From an uncultured Verrucomicrobiae bacterium (GTDB lineage: Bacteria; Verrucomicrobiota; Verrucomicrobiia; Limisphaerales; JAFGQR01), in assembly GCA_963788655.1 (NCBI GenBank), contig CAWBHS010000006.1, positions 32,001 to 96,000 on the forward strand: DNA of 64,000 nt, given 5' to 3'. Positions 56,739 to 64,000 of the stretch are shown here, piece by piece (within the stretch, counting starts at the first letter, position 1; every line of letters starts with the position of its first letter). The translations under genes were made by a program, and so were the position numbers. A model generated the notes under the pieces. It had not been told where the DNA came from. It did not search any database and was given only the letters and a program-made list of their open reading frames with translations.

Positions 56739-57935
56739 ATGAAGCTTCTGCTTATTGGCAATTACCCCGGCGACCAACAAGAAAGCATGCGTCGGTTTGC
56801 GGACTTGTTGCACACGCAACTGCTTGCGCGGGGCGTCAAGGTGGAGTTGCTGCGTCCTCCAAGGGTGTGGAACCGATTCGGAAGTTCGTTGCGTGGCTTG
56901 GGGAAATGGCTGGGTTACGCGGACAAATTGGTGATGTTTCCCCGCCTGCTGCGCCGCACCATCGCGCCACCTTTGAGTGCAAATTCCGGCCCGTGCATCG
57001 TCCATATCTGTGATCACTCGAATGCGGTGTATGTGCGGCACTTGAACGGCACGCCGCATTTGGTGACGTGCCATGACCTGCTGGCCGTCCGTGCTGCGTT
57101 GGGCGAATTCCCTCCGCGGCGTACCCGGTGTTCCGGCCGGCAATTGCAGCGGATGATTCTCGCCGGTTTGCGCCGTGCCGGCCGGGTCACCTGTGTTTCG
57201 GAAGCGACCCGCCGGGATGTGCTGCGGGTAAGCGGACGGGATCCAGACCAAACCAAGGTCGCGCCGCTGGGCTTGAATTACGCCTATTCCCCGATGCCGC
57301 CAGCGGAAGCCCGGCGTCAGATTGCCACGCTGCTCGACCGAACGCGCGCCACTGCCTCAATCGTTCGTCAATCATTGGCCACGACTGAACCCTTCCGCTA
57401 TCTCCTGCACGTGGGCGGCAACCAATGGTACAAGAATCGCTTGGGGGTTCTTAAAATGTATGCGCACTTGTGCGCCCTCGAGGCCGAAGCCCCGCGATTG
57501 GTCATGGTGGGGAAGCCATTCACGAAACCGATGCAGCAGTATATTGAAGCCAGCCAGCTTGCCGACAAAGTTGTTTCGCTCGCAGACTGTGACAACGAAG
57601 CGCTCCGCGCCCTGTATTCCCAGGCGGAACTGTTGCTGTTCCCCTCGCTGGCCGAAGGCTTCGGTTGGCCGATCATCGAAGCGCACGCCTGCGGTTGCCG
57701 CGTGGCCACCACCGACCAACCGCCCATGAACGACGTGGCGGGCGAGGCCGCATTCTTGCTTGAACCAAATGATCCGGCCAGCGCAGCACAGTGCGTAAAA
57801 CGGGCGTTGGCCGAGGACGCCCAGGCGCGGGCGGAACGGAGCAAACGCGGCCAGGAAAATGCCGCCCGGTTTTCCACGGAAGCCATGGTGACGAGCTATT
57901 TGCAGCAGTACGGAGAGTTGGCGGGAGTCAGTTGA
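56739..57935 (+). CDS. GT4 glycosyltransferase
   Basis: SMRRFA, TCHDL, HVGGNQWYKN, EGFGWPIIEA. Confidence 0.88.
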   Translation: MKLLLIGNYPGDQQESMRRFADLLHTQLLARGVKVELLRPPRVWNRFGSSLRGLGKWLGYADKLVMFPRLLRRTIAPPLSANSGPCIVHICDHSNAVYVRHLNGTPHLVTCHDLLAVRAALGEFPPRRTRCSGRQLQRMILAGLRRAGRVTCVSEATRRDVLRVSGRDPDQTKVAPLGLNYAYSPMPPAEARRQIATLLDRTRATASIVRQSLATTEPFRYLLHVGGNQWYKNRLGVLKMYAHLCALEAEAPRLVMVGKPFTKPMQQYIEASQLADKVVSLADCDNEALRALYSQAELLLFPSLAEGFGWPIIEAHACGCRVATTDQPPMNDVAGEAAFLLEPNDPASAAQCVKRALAEDAQARAERSKRGQENAARFSTEAMVTSYLQQYGELAGVS

Positions 57936-57946
57936 CGTTTTATCCA

Positions 57947-59152
57947 ATGCGCATTCTACATTGCATTCATTCCGTAAACCCTCGAATTGGCGGACCGATT
58001 GTCGGCCTCAAGAGTCTGGCCGCGCTGCACCAGTTGGCCGGGCGCGAGGTGGAAGTTGCTTCGCTCGACGCGCCCGACGCCCCCGGGGTGCGGGACGGTC
58101 CGCTGCAGGTCCACGCGTTGGGACCTGGCCTCCTGAAATACGGTTATAGCCGAAGGCTGGTTCCGTGGCTGCGGCGGCACCACGCGGACTACGACGTGGT
58201 GATCGTCAACGGCATCTGGCAATACCACAGCTTCGCCGTTTGGCGCGCGCTGCGGCCGATGCGCCGTCCGTACTATGTGTTTACGCACGGCATGTTGGAT
58301 CCGTGGTTCAAGCAGCAGTATCCGCTCAAGCACTTGAAGAAATGCCTGTATTGGCCGTGGGCGGAATACCGGGTGCTACGCGATGCGCGAGCGGTCCTGT
58401 TCACCACGGCCGAGGAACGGGAACTGGCCCACCAGTCATTTCGGCGCTATCGCTGCCGCGAAGTCGTGTTGGGCTACGGCACCCAACCTCCCTTGGGTGA
58501 TGCCGCCGGACAACGCGAGGTGTTCCAGCACCTCTTCCCCGAATGCCGCGGCAAACGCGTGTGGCTCTTCCTCGGCCGCCTCCACCCCAAGAAAGGTTGC
58601 GACCTGGTGTTGCAAGCGTTCGCGCGTTTCGCGGCCCACCATCCGGAACTTCATTTGGTCCTGGCCGGGCCCGACCAGGATGGTTGGCAAAGTCATCTCC
58701 AGGCCTTGAGCACCAGGCTGGGACTCGAGGGACGCATCACTTGGCCGGGAATGTTGGAAGGTGATTTGAAATGGGGCGCTTTTCGGACGGCTGAAGTCTT
58801 CGTCCTGCCCTCGCACCAGGAGAACTTCGGGATCGCGGTCACGGAAGCCATGGCGTGCGGGATACCGGTCCTGATTTCCACCAAGGTCAACATCTGGCAG
58901 GAAATCCAAAGCCATGACGCGGGCCTGGTCGAAGCGGACGACCTGGGCGGCACGCTTCGTCTCTGTTCGCGGTGGCTCAAGCTATCGCCGTCGGAACGAC
59001 AGATGATGGGGGAACGCGCGCGCTGGTGTTTTCAAGAGCAATTTGACGCGCAACAAGTGGTCGATAGATTGATGGCCCTGTGGTGGGCGGATGGAATCGG
59101 AACGGCGGCATCGGTAAACTCCGAGCATGGCCCGTTAGTAGCGGCGTGTTAA
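57947..59152 (+). CDS. GT4 glycosyltransferase
   Basis: GGP, HGMLDPW, FLGRLHPKKG, ENFGIAVTEAMA. Confidence 0.9.
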   Translation: MRILHCIHSVNPRIGGPIVGLKSLAALHQLAGREVEVASLDAPDAPGVRDGPLQVHALGPGLLKYGYSRRLVPWLRRHHADYDVVIVNGIWQYHSFAVWRALRPMRRPYYVFTHGMLDPWFKQQYPLKHLKKCLYWPWAEYRVLRDARAVLFTTAEERELAHQSFRRYRCREVVLGYGTQPPLGDAAGQREVFQHLFPECRGKRVWLFLGRLHPKKGCDLVLQAFARFAAHHPELHLVLAGPDQDGWQSHLQALSTRLGLEGRITWPGMLEGDLKWGAFRTAEVFVLPSHQENFGIAVTEAMACGIPVLISTKVNIWQEIQSHDAGLVEADDLGGTLRLCSRWLKLSPSERQMMGERARWCFQEQFDAQQVVDRLMALWWADGIGTAASVNSEHGPLVAAC

Positions 59153-59301
59153 GGTGTCTCAACGCACGTGAGCAGGGGAGCGCGCCCGCCTCGGGCGCTC
59201 GCCACGGCGCCTCGCCGTGGAGTCGAACGACCCCGGCGCGACACGGCTCCGAATTCGCCGCGCATTCGCCGGGCCGGCGGGGCGCCTGTCCTACCCATTT
59301 G

Positions 59302-59859
59302 ATGAACTCCACCCACACCAGTCCTTCGTTCAGCCGGCGCAATCGGGCCGGCCGCGTGCTGTGGTCCATCGTCAATGCGCTGCTGTTCCGTCCCAGCCCC
59401 CGACCGTTCCATGCCTGGCGGGCAATGCTGTTGCGGATGTTCGGCGCGAAAATTGGCCGGGATTGCCATATTTATCCGCGAGTGGTCATCTGGGCGCCGT
59501 GGAATCTGGTCTGTGGCGACGAGGTTGGGGTCGCGGATGGGGTGATCCTTTACAGTCAGGCGCGCATCCTGCTGGGTGATCGATGCGTGATTTCGCAAGG
59601 CAGCCATTTATGCACGGGGACGCACGATTACACGTCGCCGCGATTTCCCTTGATCGCCCAACCGATCCAGGTGGGTGAATGCGCGTGGATTTGCGCCGAA
59701 AGCTTTGTGCATCCGGGCGTAACCATCGGGGCGGGCGCCGTCATCGGCGCACGGTCAGTGGTGACTCACGACCTCCCCGAATGGATGGTGTGCGCCGGCC
59801 ATCCTTGCCGTCCGCTCAAACCTCGCGCGATGCAACCACCGTTGGCGTCCGCCGCATGA
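59302..59859 (+). CDS. wcaF: WcaF-like hexapeptide acetyltransferase
   Basis: LLRMFGAKIG, IWAPWNL, ISQGSHLCTGTHDY, GVTIGAGAVIGARSVV. Confidence 0.85.
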   Translation: MNSTHTSPSFSRRNRAGRVLWSIVNALLFRPSPRPFHAWRAMLLRMFGAKIGRDCHIYPRVVIWAPWNLVCGDEVGVADGVILYSQARILLGDRCVISQGSHLCTGTHDYTSPRFPLIAQPIQVGECAWICAESFVHPGVTIGAGAVIGARSVVTHDLPEWMVCAGHPCRPLKPRAMQPPLASAA

Positions 59860-61268
59860 AGGTGCCCGTTTCCATCTTGATCCCGGTCCGAAACGAGGCG
59901 GCCAACCTGCCGCGTTGCCTCGGATCGGTAACGTGGGCGGATGAAATCTGGGTGGTGGATTCGCAAAGCACCGACGATTCGGTTGGCATCGCCACGGCCC
60001 GCGGCGCACAGGTGGCACAATTCCATTTCAACGGCACCTGGCCCAAGAAGAAGAATTGGGCGTTGGCCAAGCTTCCGTTCAAGCACGAATGGGTTTTCAT
60101 CCTCGATGCCGACGAAGTGTTGCCCCCGGAAGCGGCGGAAGAAATTCGTAGCGTCGTCACCGACTCATCCACGGAAATTGCCGGTTACTGGATCAACCGT
60201 CGGTTCTGGTTCATGGGGCAGTGGCTACGGCACGCCTACTATCCGAACTGGAATCTTCGCCTCTTCCGGCATCGGCTGGGGCGTTACGAGCAACTCACCG
60301 CAACCGATACCGCAAGCGGCGACAACGAAGTCCACGAGCACGTAATCGTCCAGGGGCAGACGGCCCGCCTCCGGTGCGAGCTGGACCATTATGCATTTCC
60401 GTCCGTCGAGGTATTCGTTGAGAAGCACAATCGCTATTCAAACTGGGAAGCCCGCGTGGCCGTGGCCAATTCGGGGTTCGATGGCGGACCATCCATCCAA
60501 AGCCAAACGGTGAATTGGCGGCGCCGATTGAAACGCTGGTCTCAACGGCTGCCGGGACGTCCGTTGCTGCGCTTTCTGTACGTGTATGGGTGGCAACGCG
60601 GTTTCCTGGATGGTCGCGCCGGATATTATTTCGCCCGGCTGCATGGCTTTTACGAATTCCTCAGCGTGGCGAAGACACACGAACTGCACAAACTGAAACG
60701 CGAAGGGCAGTTAAACCCGAAATCCGAAGGTTCGAACGCAGCCACGTCGGGCCGCAGTCGTTCTCCGCTGAACTTCACCCTGACCGTGTTGTTTTGGGTT
60801 TGTCTGGCCGGTGTCTTGTTCTTCGCCTTGCGGCCATCGCCGCACGGGGAACGACTTTCGGGATTGCCGGACCCCATGGCGCTCTGGGTGGCGCTGCACG
60901 ATGGCGGGAGCAATCTGGTCGCGTTCGCCACGTTGGGCTTCCTGGGATTGGTGGCGGAATGGCGGCCCATCTCCAACGGCGGTTCACCAAGTCCGGGGGC
61001 GAGATCGGCCAATGGACGCATCCTAAGACGCCGGCTGCTCTGGCTGTTGGCACTGGTGCCAACCCTGGAACTGGCCCAGTTGGGCATTCCGGGGCGCGTG
61101 TTCGATTGGAATGACATCATCGTGGGTAGCCTGGGCGTGTTATCCGGCTGGACAGCGGGGAAGATCCTTGGCGCGATCATGCGGAAATTGACGAGTTACC
61201 ATTTCGGCGTCTCCACCGTCGAGCGACCGGGAGCACTGCCGCCACCGGTATCCGAGTCCTCTTTATGA
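59856..61268 (+). CDS. GT2 (beta-1,4-glucosyltransferase-like) fused to a VanZ-like membrane domain
   Basis: VVDSQSTD, LDADE, EVHEH, KHNRYS, GFLDG; then LELAQLGIPGRVFDWNDIIVGSLG with TM helices. Confidence 0.8.
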   Translation: MKVPVSILIPVRNEAANLPRCLGSVTWADEIWVVDSQSTDDSVGIATARGAQVAQFHFNGTWPKKKNWALAKLPFKHEWVFILDADEVLPPEAAEEIRSVVTDSSTEIAGYWINRRFWFMGQWLRHAYYPNWNLRLFRHRLGRYEQLTATDTASGDNEVHEHVIVQGQTARLRCELDHYAFPSVEVFVEKHNRYSNWEARVAVANSGFDGGPSIQSQTVNWRRRLKRWSQRLPGRPLLRFLYVYGWQRGFLDGRAGYYFARLHGFYEFLSVAKTHELHKLKREGQLNPKSEGSNAATSGRSRSPLNFTLTVLFWVCLAGVLFFALRPSPHGERLSGLPDPMALWVALHDGGSNLVAFATLGFLGLVAEWRPISNGGSPSPGARSANGRILRRRLLWLLALVPTLELAQLGIPGRVFDWNDIIVGSLGVLSGWTAGKILGAIMRKLTSYHFGVSTVERPGALPPPVSESSL

Positions 61269-62578
61269 AAGTCACCGTTTGGGGCATTAATTACGCGCCG
61301 GAACTGATCGGCATTGGACCGTACAACACGGCACTTTGTGAGTACCTGCACGAACGCGGTCATGACGTGCGGATGGTCACAACGTTTACCTACTACCCGG
61401 CGTGGCGGAAACAAGCGTCCGAAGCCTCGAAGCTCTATCGCACTGACAACGTCGAGGGCGTGACGGTGCATCGTTGCTGGCATTACGTTCCCCGCCGGGC
61501 TTCGACACTCAAACGCATTTTCCACGAAGGCTCGTTCGTGTTCACGTCCTTGCTGCGTCAACTTGTGCTCCCCCGCGCGGACGTGCTCGTGGTGGTGTCC
61601 CCGCCGTTGTTGTTGGGCGCGGCAGCGTGGTTGTTGGGGAAACTGAAGCGCATGCCGTTTGTGTTTCACGTGCAGGATCTGCAACCCGACGCGGCCGCCA
61701 GCCTGGGCATGCTCAAACAATCCGGTTTGCTGGGTGCGCTTCGTGGCCTGGAAAAGTTCGCGTATCGAAAAGCCGGCCTGGTTAGCGGCATTATGCCCGG
61801 CATGCTGGCTTCGTTTGAACGTAAAGGGGTGGAGGCGGCGCGCCGGTGCTATTTTCCCAATCCCGTGGAGTTAAGCAAACCCTTCGAACCGACGGTGCGC
61901 GGTCGATTTCGGCAACGGTTGGGGATGGACGAAACCGATTTCCTGGCGGTGTATTCGGGTAACCTGGGCGTCAAACAAGGGCTGGATGTTCTGATTGAAG
62001 CGGCGCGTTGCGTGAAACACCCGCGCGTCCGTTTGGTGATCTGCGGCAATGGCAGCCAGCGGGTGCGGTTAGTGCGGCTGGTGCATCGTTACGAATTGGG
62101 CAACGTGGTGATTGTGGATCTGCAACCGCCGGACCGCTACGCCGAACTGCTGGTCGATGCGGACGTGTGCGTCATTCCGCAGCAACCGGGTTCGGGCGGC
62201 TGTTTTTTCCCGAGCAAACTGCTCACGACGCTGACCTACGCTCGGCCGGTGCTGACGGTGGCTGATGATCAAAGCGACTTGGTCGTGGCACTGAAGGAAG
62301 GACGCTTTGGGGTGAACGTGCCGCCCGGCGAACCACAGCAACTCGCCGAAGTGCTCGAGCAACTGGCCGATCAACCGCAGCAGCTTCAGAAATACGGGGA
62401 AGCTGGCCACCGCTATGTCACGCAGTTTGAACGGACCCAAGTGCTTGGCCAATTCGAACGCGTCTTGCAGGGGTTGGTCGAGCCGGCAACGGTGCGGGCG
62501 CAACCGGAAGTCGCCGTCCCCAAGATTGTGCGCCTTCCGGGAACAGAATCGGCACCGGCGAAAAAGAAGGCGGCGTAA
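61265..62578 (+). CDS. wcaI: WcaI-family GT4 glycosyltransferase
   Basis: GINYAPELIGIG, YYPAW, HVQDLQPDAA, YSGNLGVKQGL, PSKL. Confidence 0.85.
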   Translation: MKVTVWGINYAPELIGIGPYNTALCEYLHERGHDVRMVTTFTYYPAWRKQASEASKLYRTDNVEGVTVHRCWHYVPRRASTLKRIFHEGSFVFTSLLRQLVLPRADVLVVVSPPLLLGAAAWLLGKLKRMPFVFHVQDLQPDAAASLGMLKQSGLLGALRGLEKFAYRKAGLVSGIMPGMLASFERKGVEAARRCYFPNPVELSKPFEPTVRGRFRQRLGMDETDFLAVYSGNLGVKQGLDVLIEAARCVKHPRVRLVICGNGSQRVRLVRLVHRYELGNVVIVDLQPPDRYAELLVDADVCVIPQQPGSGGCFFPSKLLTTLTYARPVLTVADDQSDLVVALKEGRFGVNVPPGEPQQLAEVLEQLADQPQQLQKYGEAGHRYVTQFERTQVLGQFERVLQGLVEPATVRAQPEVAVPKIVRLPGTESAPAKKKAA

Positions 62579-62674
62579 GAAGATCCTTTGCTTTCAATCG
62601 AACGGCGCGGGTGGAGAACCGGCGCCGTTTTTGTTTTTGCAGGAAGGTTTACCGCGGTGCGGGCAGCACCCACC

Positions 62675-62780
62675 GAAAGCGGGAGCAAGCTCCACGCACT
62701 CCAAACGCTGCCCGAGGTGCGGGCGCCCCATCGGATTTCGCGCCAGCGTTTGGAGTGCGTCCGGCTTGCCGGCGCTTTCG
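62675..62780. repeat. REP pair, TGGAGTGCG family, between convergent genes
   Basis: AAAGCGGGAGCAAGCTCCACGCACTCCAAACGCTG ... CAGCGTTTGGAGTGCGTCCGGCTTGCCGGCGCTTT. Confidence 0.8.
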
Positions 62781-62822
62781 CACGGTGAATGGCAGTCAAT
62801 TTCCCAACCGCCTTTCCACATT

Positions 62823-63998
62823 TTAGTAGGCCGTGCCCGGGGGCAAAAGCATCTGTACCGCCGTTCGAAGGATGATCGCCAGGTCGGCGCTCAACGACCA
62901 ATTTTCCAGGTAGTACAGGTCAGATTCAATTCGCTGCCGCACCCTGCCTTCGTCAGTGGCTTCGCCACGAAACCCGCGCACCTGCGCCAGACCGGTGATT
63001 CCCGGTTTGGCAAAACTGCGGATGTAATAGTTTTGCATGACGCGCGCAAACAAGACGTCGTGTTCCGGCAGGTGCGGACGCGGTCCCACCACGCTCATCT
63101 CCCCCCGCAAGACGTTCACAAACTGAGGCAGTTCATCCAGGCTGAGCCGTCGCAACCACCGGCCGGCAGCAAAAATGCGCCGGTCGTGTTTCGTAGCCTG
63201 CCGCGCCGCGTTCGTGGTTTGTCCGTGCATCGTGCGAAACTTGAGGATGCGAAAACATCGATGATGAAAGCCGGCGCGTTCCTGGCAATACAACAGCGGC
63301 CCCGGGGACTGCCGGCGTTGCAGCCACCAAACCACCAGCGCCATGGGGGGCAAGACCAGGAGCACGATGGGTAACGCGACGGCCACGTCGAGCGCTCGTT
63401 TCAGGGCGCGGTTAAAAGGATTCTCCAACGGCTCCTGCCGTAACGCAAAAATGTGGCGTCCGTCGTTTTCCAAGTGGATTACCCGGTGGCGAAACTTTTC
63501 CTCCAGATCGCTGATGACCAGGAACCGCACGCCCAGCAGTTCGCATAACGCCGAGAGCCGGCTGAGGAACACCGGCCAGGCGGGCAATTCCGCCGCAATG
63601 ACCTGGGTGACCTGCTGCTCGCGAATGATGCGCTCGAGGTCGTCCACGCGCCCCAACACCGGCCAATCGCCAACCCGTTTCACCCGTTCGTCGCACAGCA
63701 CGCCCACCATCTCGAGGCCAAATTGTGCTTTGCGTGCCAACCAATCGGTCATGGCAAAAATCTTCTTACTGGAACCAATGAGGACCGTTCGCTCCTTGGG
63801 ACCCCGTTGAAAACTGAAGTGGGCAATGATTGGCGGCAGTTTCCACGCACTCCAAAGCAATAACACGTATAGCACCGGCAGAAAGCTGAACAGGAACATC
63901 CGCGAAATTACGGCGTCCTTGGTCGCCACCAGGAAGAAGACCACCGGCCCAGCGGCCCAGAGGGTCTGTCGCAACGCGAGACGATGTTTGTTGAGCAA
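62823..63998 (-). CDS. Priming polyprenyl-phosphate sugar phosphotransferase (WcaJ/CpsE family), probably 5'-truncated
   Basis: KRALDV, KFRTM, LDELPQFVNVLRGEMSVVGPRP, KPGITGLAQV, DLYYLENWS. Confidence 0.92.
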   Translation of the reverse strand: MLNKHRLALRQTLWAAGPVVFFLVATKDAVISRMFLFSFLPVLYVLLLWSAWKLPPIIAHFSFQRGPKERTVLIGSSKKIFAMTDWLARKAQFGLEMVGVLCDERVKRVGDWPVLGRVDDLERIIREQQVTQVIAAELPAWPVFLSRLSALCELLGVRFLVISDLEEKFRHRVIHLENDGRHIFALRQEPLENPFNRALKRALDVAVALPIVLLVLPPMALVVWWLQRRQSPGPLLYCQERAGFHHRCFRILKFRTMHGQTTNAARQATKHDRRIFAAGRWLRRLSLDELPQFVNVLRGEMSVVGPRPHLPEHDVLFARVMQNYYIRSFAKPGITGLAQVRGFRGEATDEGRVRQRIESDLYYLENWSLSADLAIILRTAVQMLLPPGTAY

Positions 63999-64000
63999 GC

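Noticed and set aside
3221..62780. CRISPR array interpretation of the recurring 24-25 nt palindromes
   Set aside because: Copies are dispersed inverted pairs, not direct repeats with regular spacers, and no cas genes are present.

Overview
GC-rich bacterial DNA, inferred to be Verrucomicrobiota (Pedosphaerales/Limisphaerales-like) from the C-terminal 'FYRL' secretion-type tail, pseudopilin trio, REP families and attC style. The left third (1-23.4 kb) is a mixed accessory region. It holds two fused MFS/spermidine-synthase genes, a secreted 9-CXXCH multiheme cytochrome, an MBL hydrolase, a frameshifted GH97, VanZ-LamG, a degenerate sulfatase, a rhomboid protease, a B12-radical SAM pair, a Tat-exported GH116 and nagB. 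At 13.44-15.2 kb lies a small integron-like cassette array (three genes separated by attC-like hairpins with complementary core sites) without an integrase in the window. 23.65-26.3 kb is a PilV/PilW/PilX-like pseudopilin trio. 26.7-64 kb is a large surface-polysaccharide locus: OM beta-barrel, short OPX/Wza, Wzc, O-antigen-ligase-like protein, GbsR/MarR regulator, Wzm/Wzt, a Wzy-like protein, about 14 glycosyltransferases, methyl/acyltransferases, WcaF, WcaI and a priming sugar transferase. The pilin and polysaccharide units each have a sigma54-like promoter. Many REP/REPIN palindromes occur, and four sit in-frame inside polysaccharide genes. Three single-base frameshifts (GH97, Wzc, CgeB-like GT) may be assembly errors. 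No rRNA, tRNA, CRISPR array or transposase was recognised.
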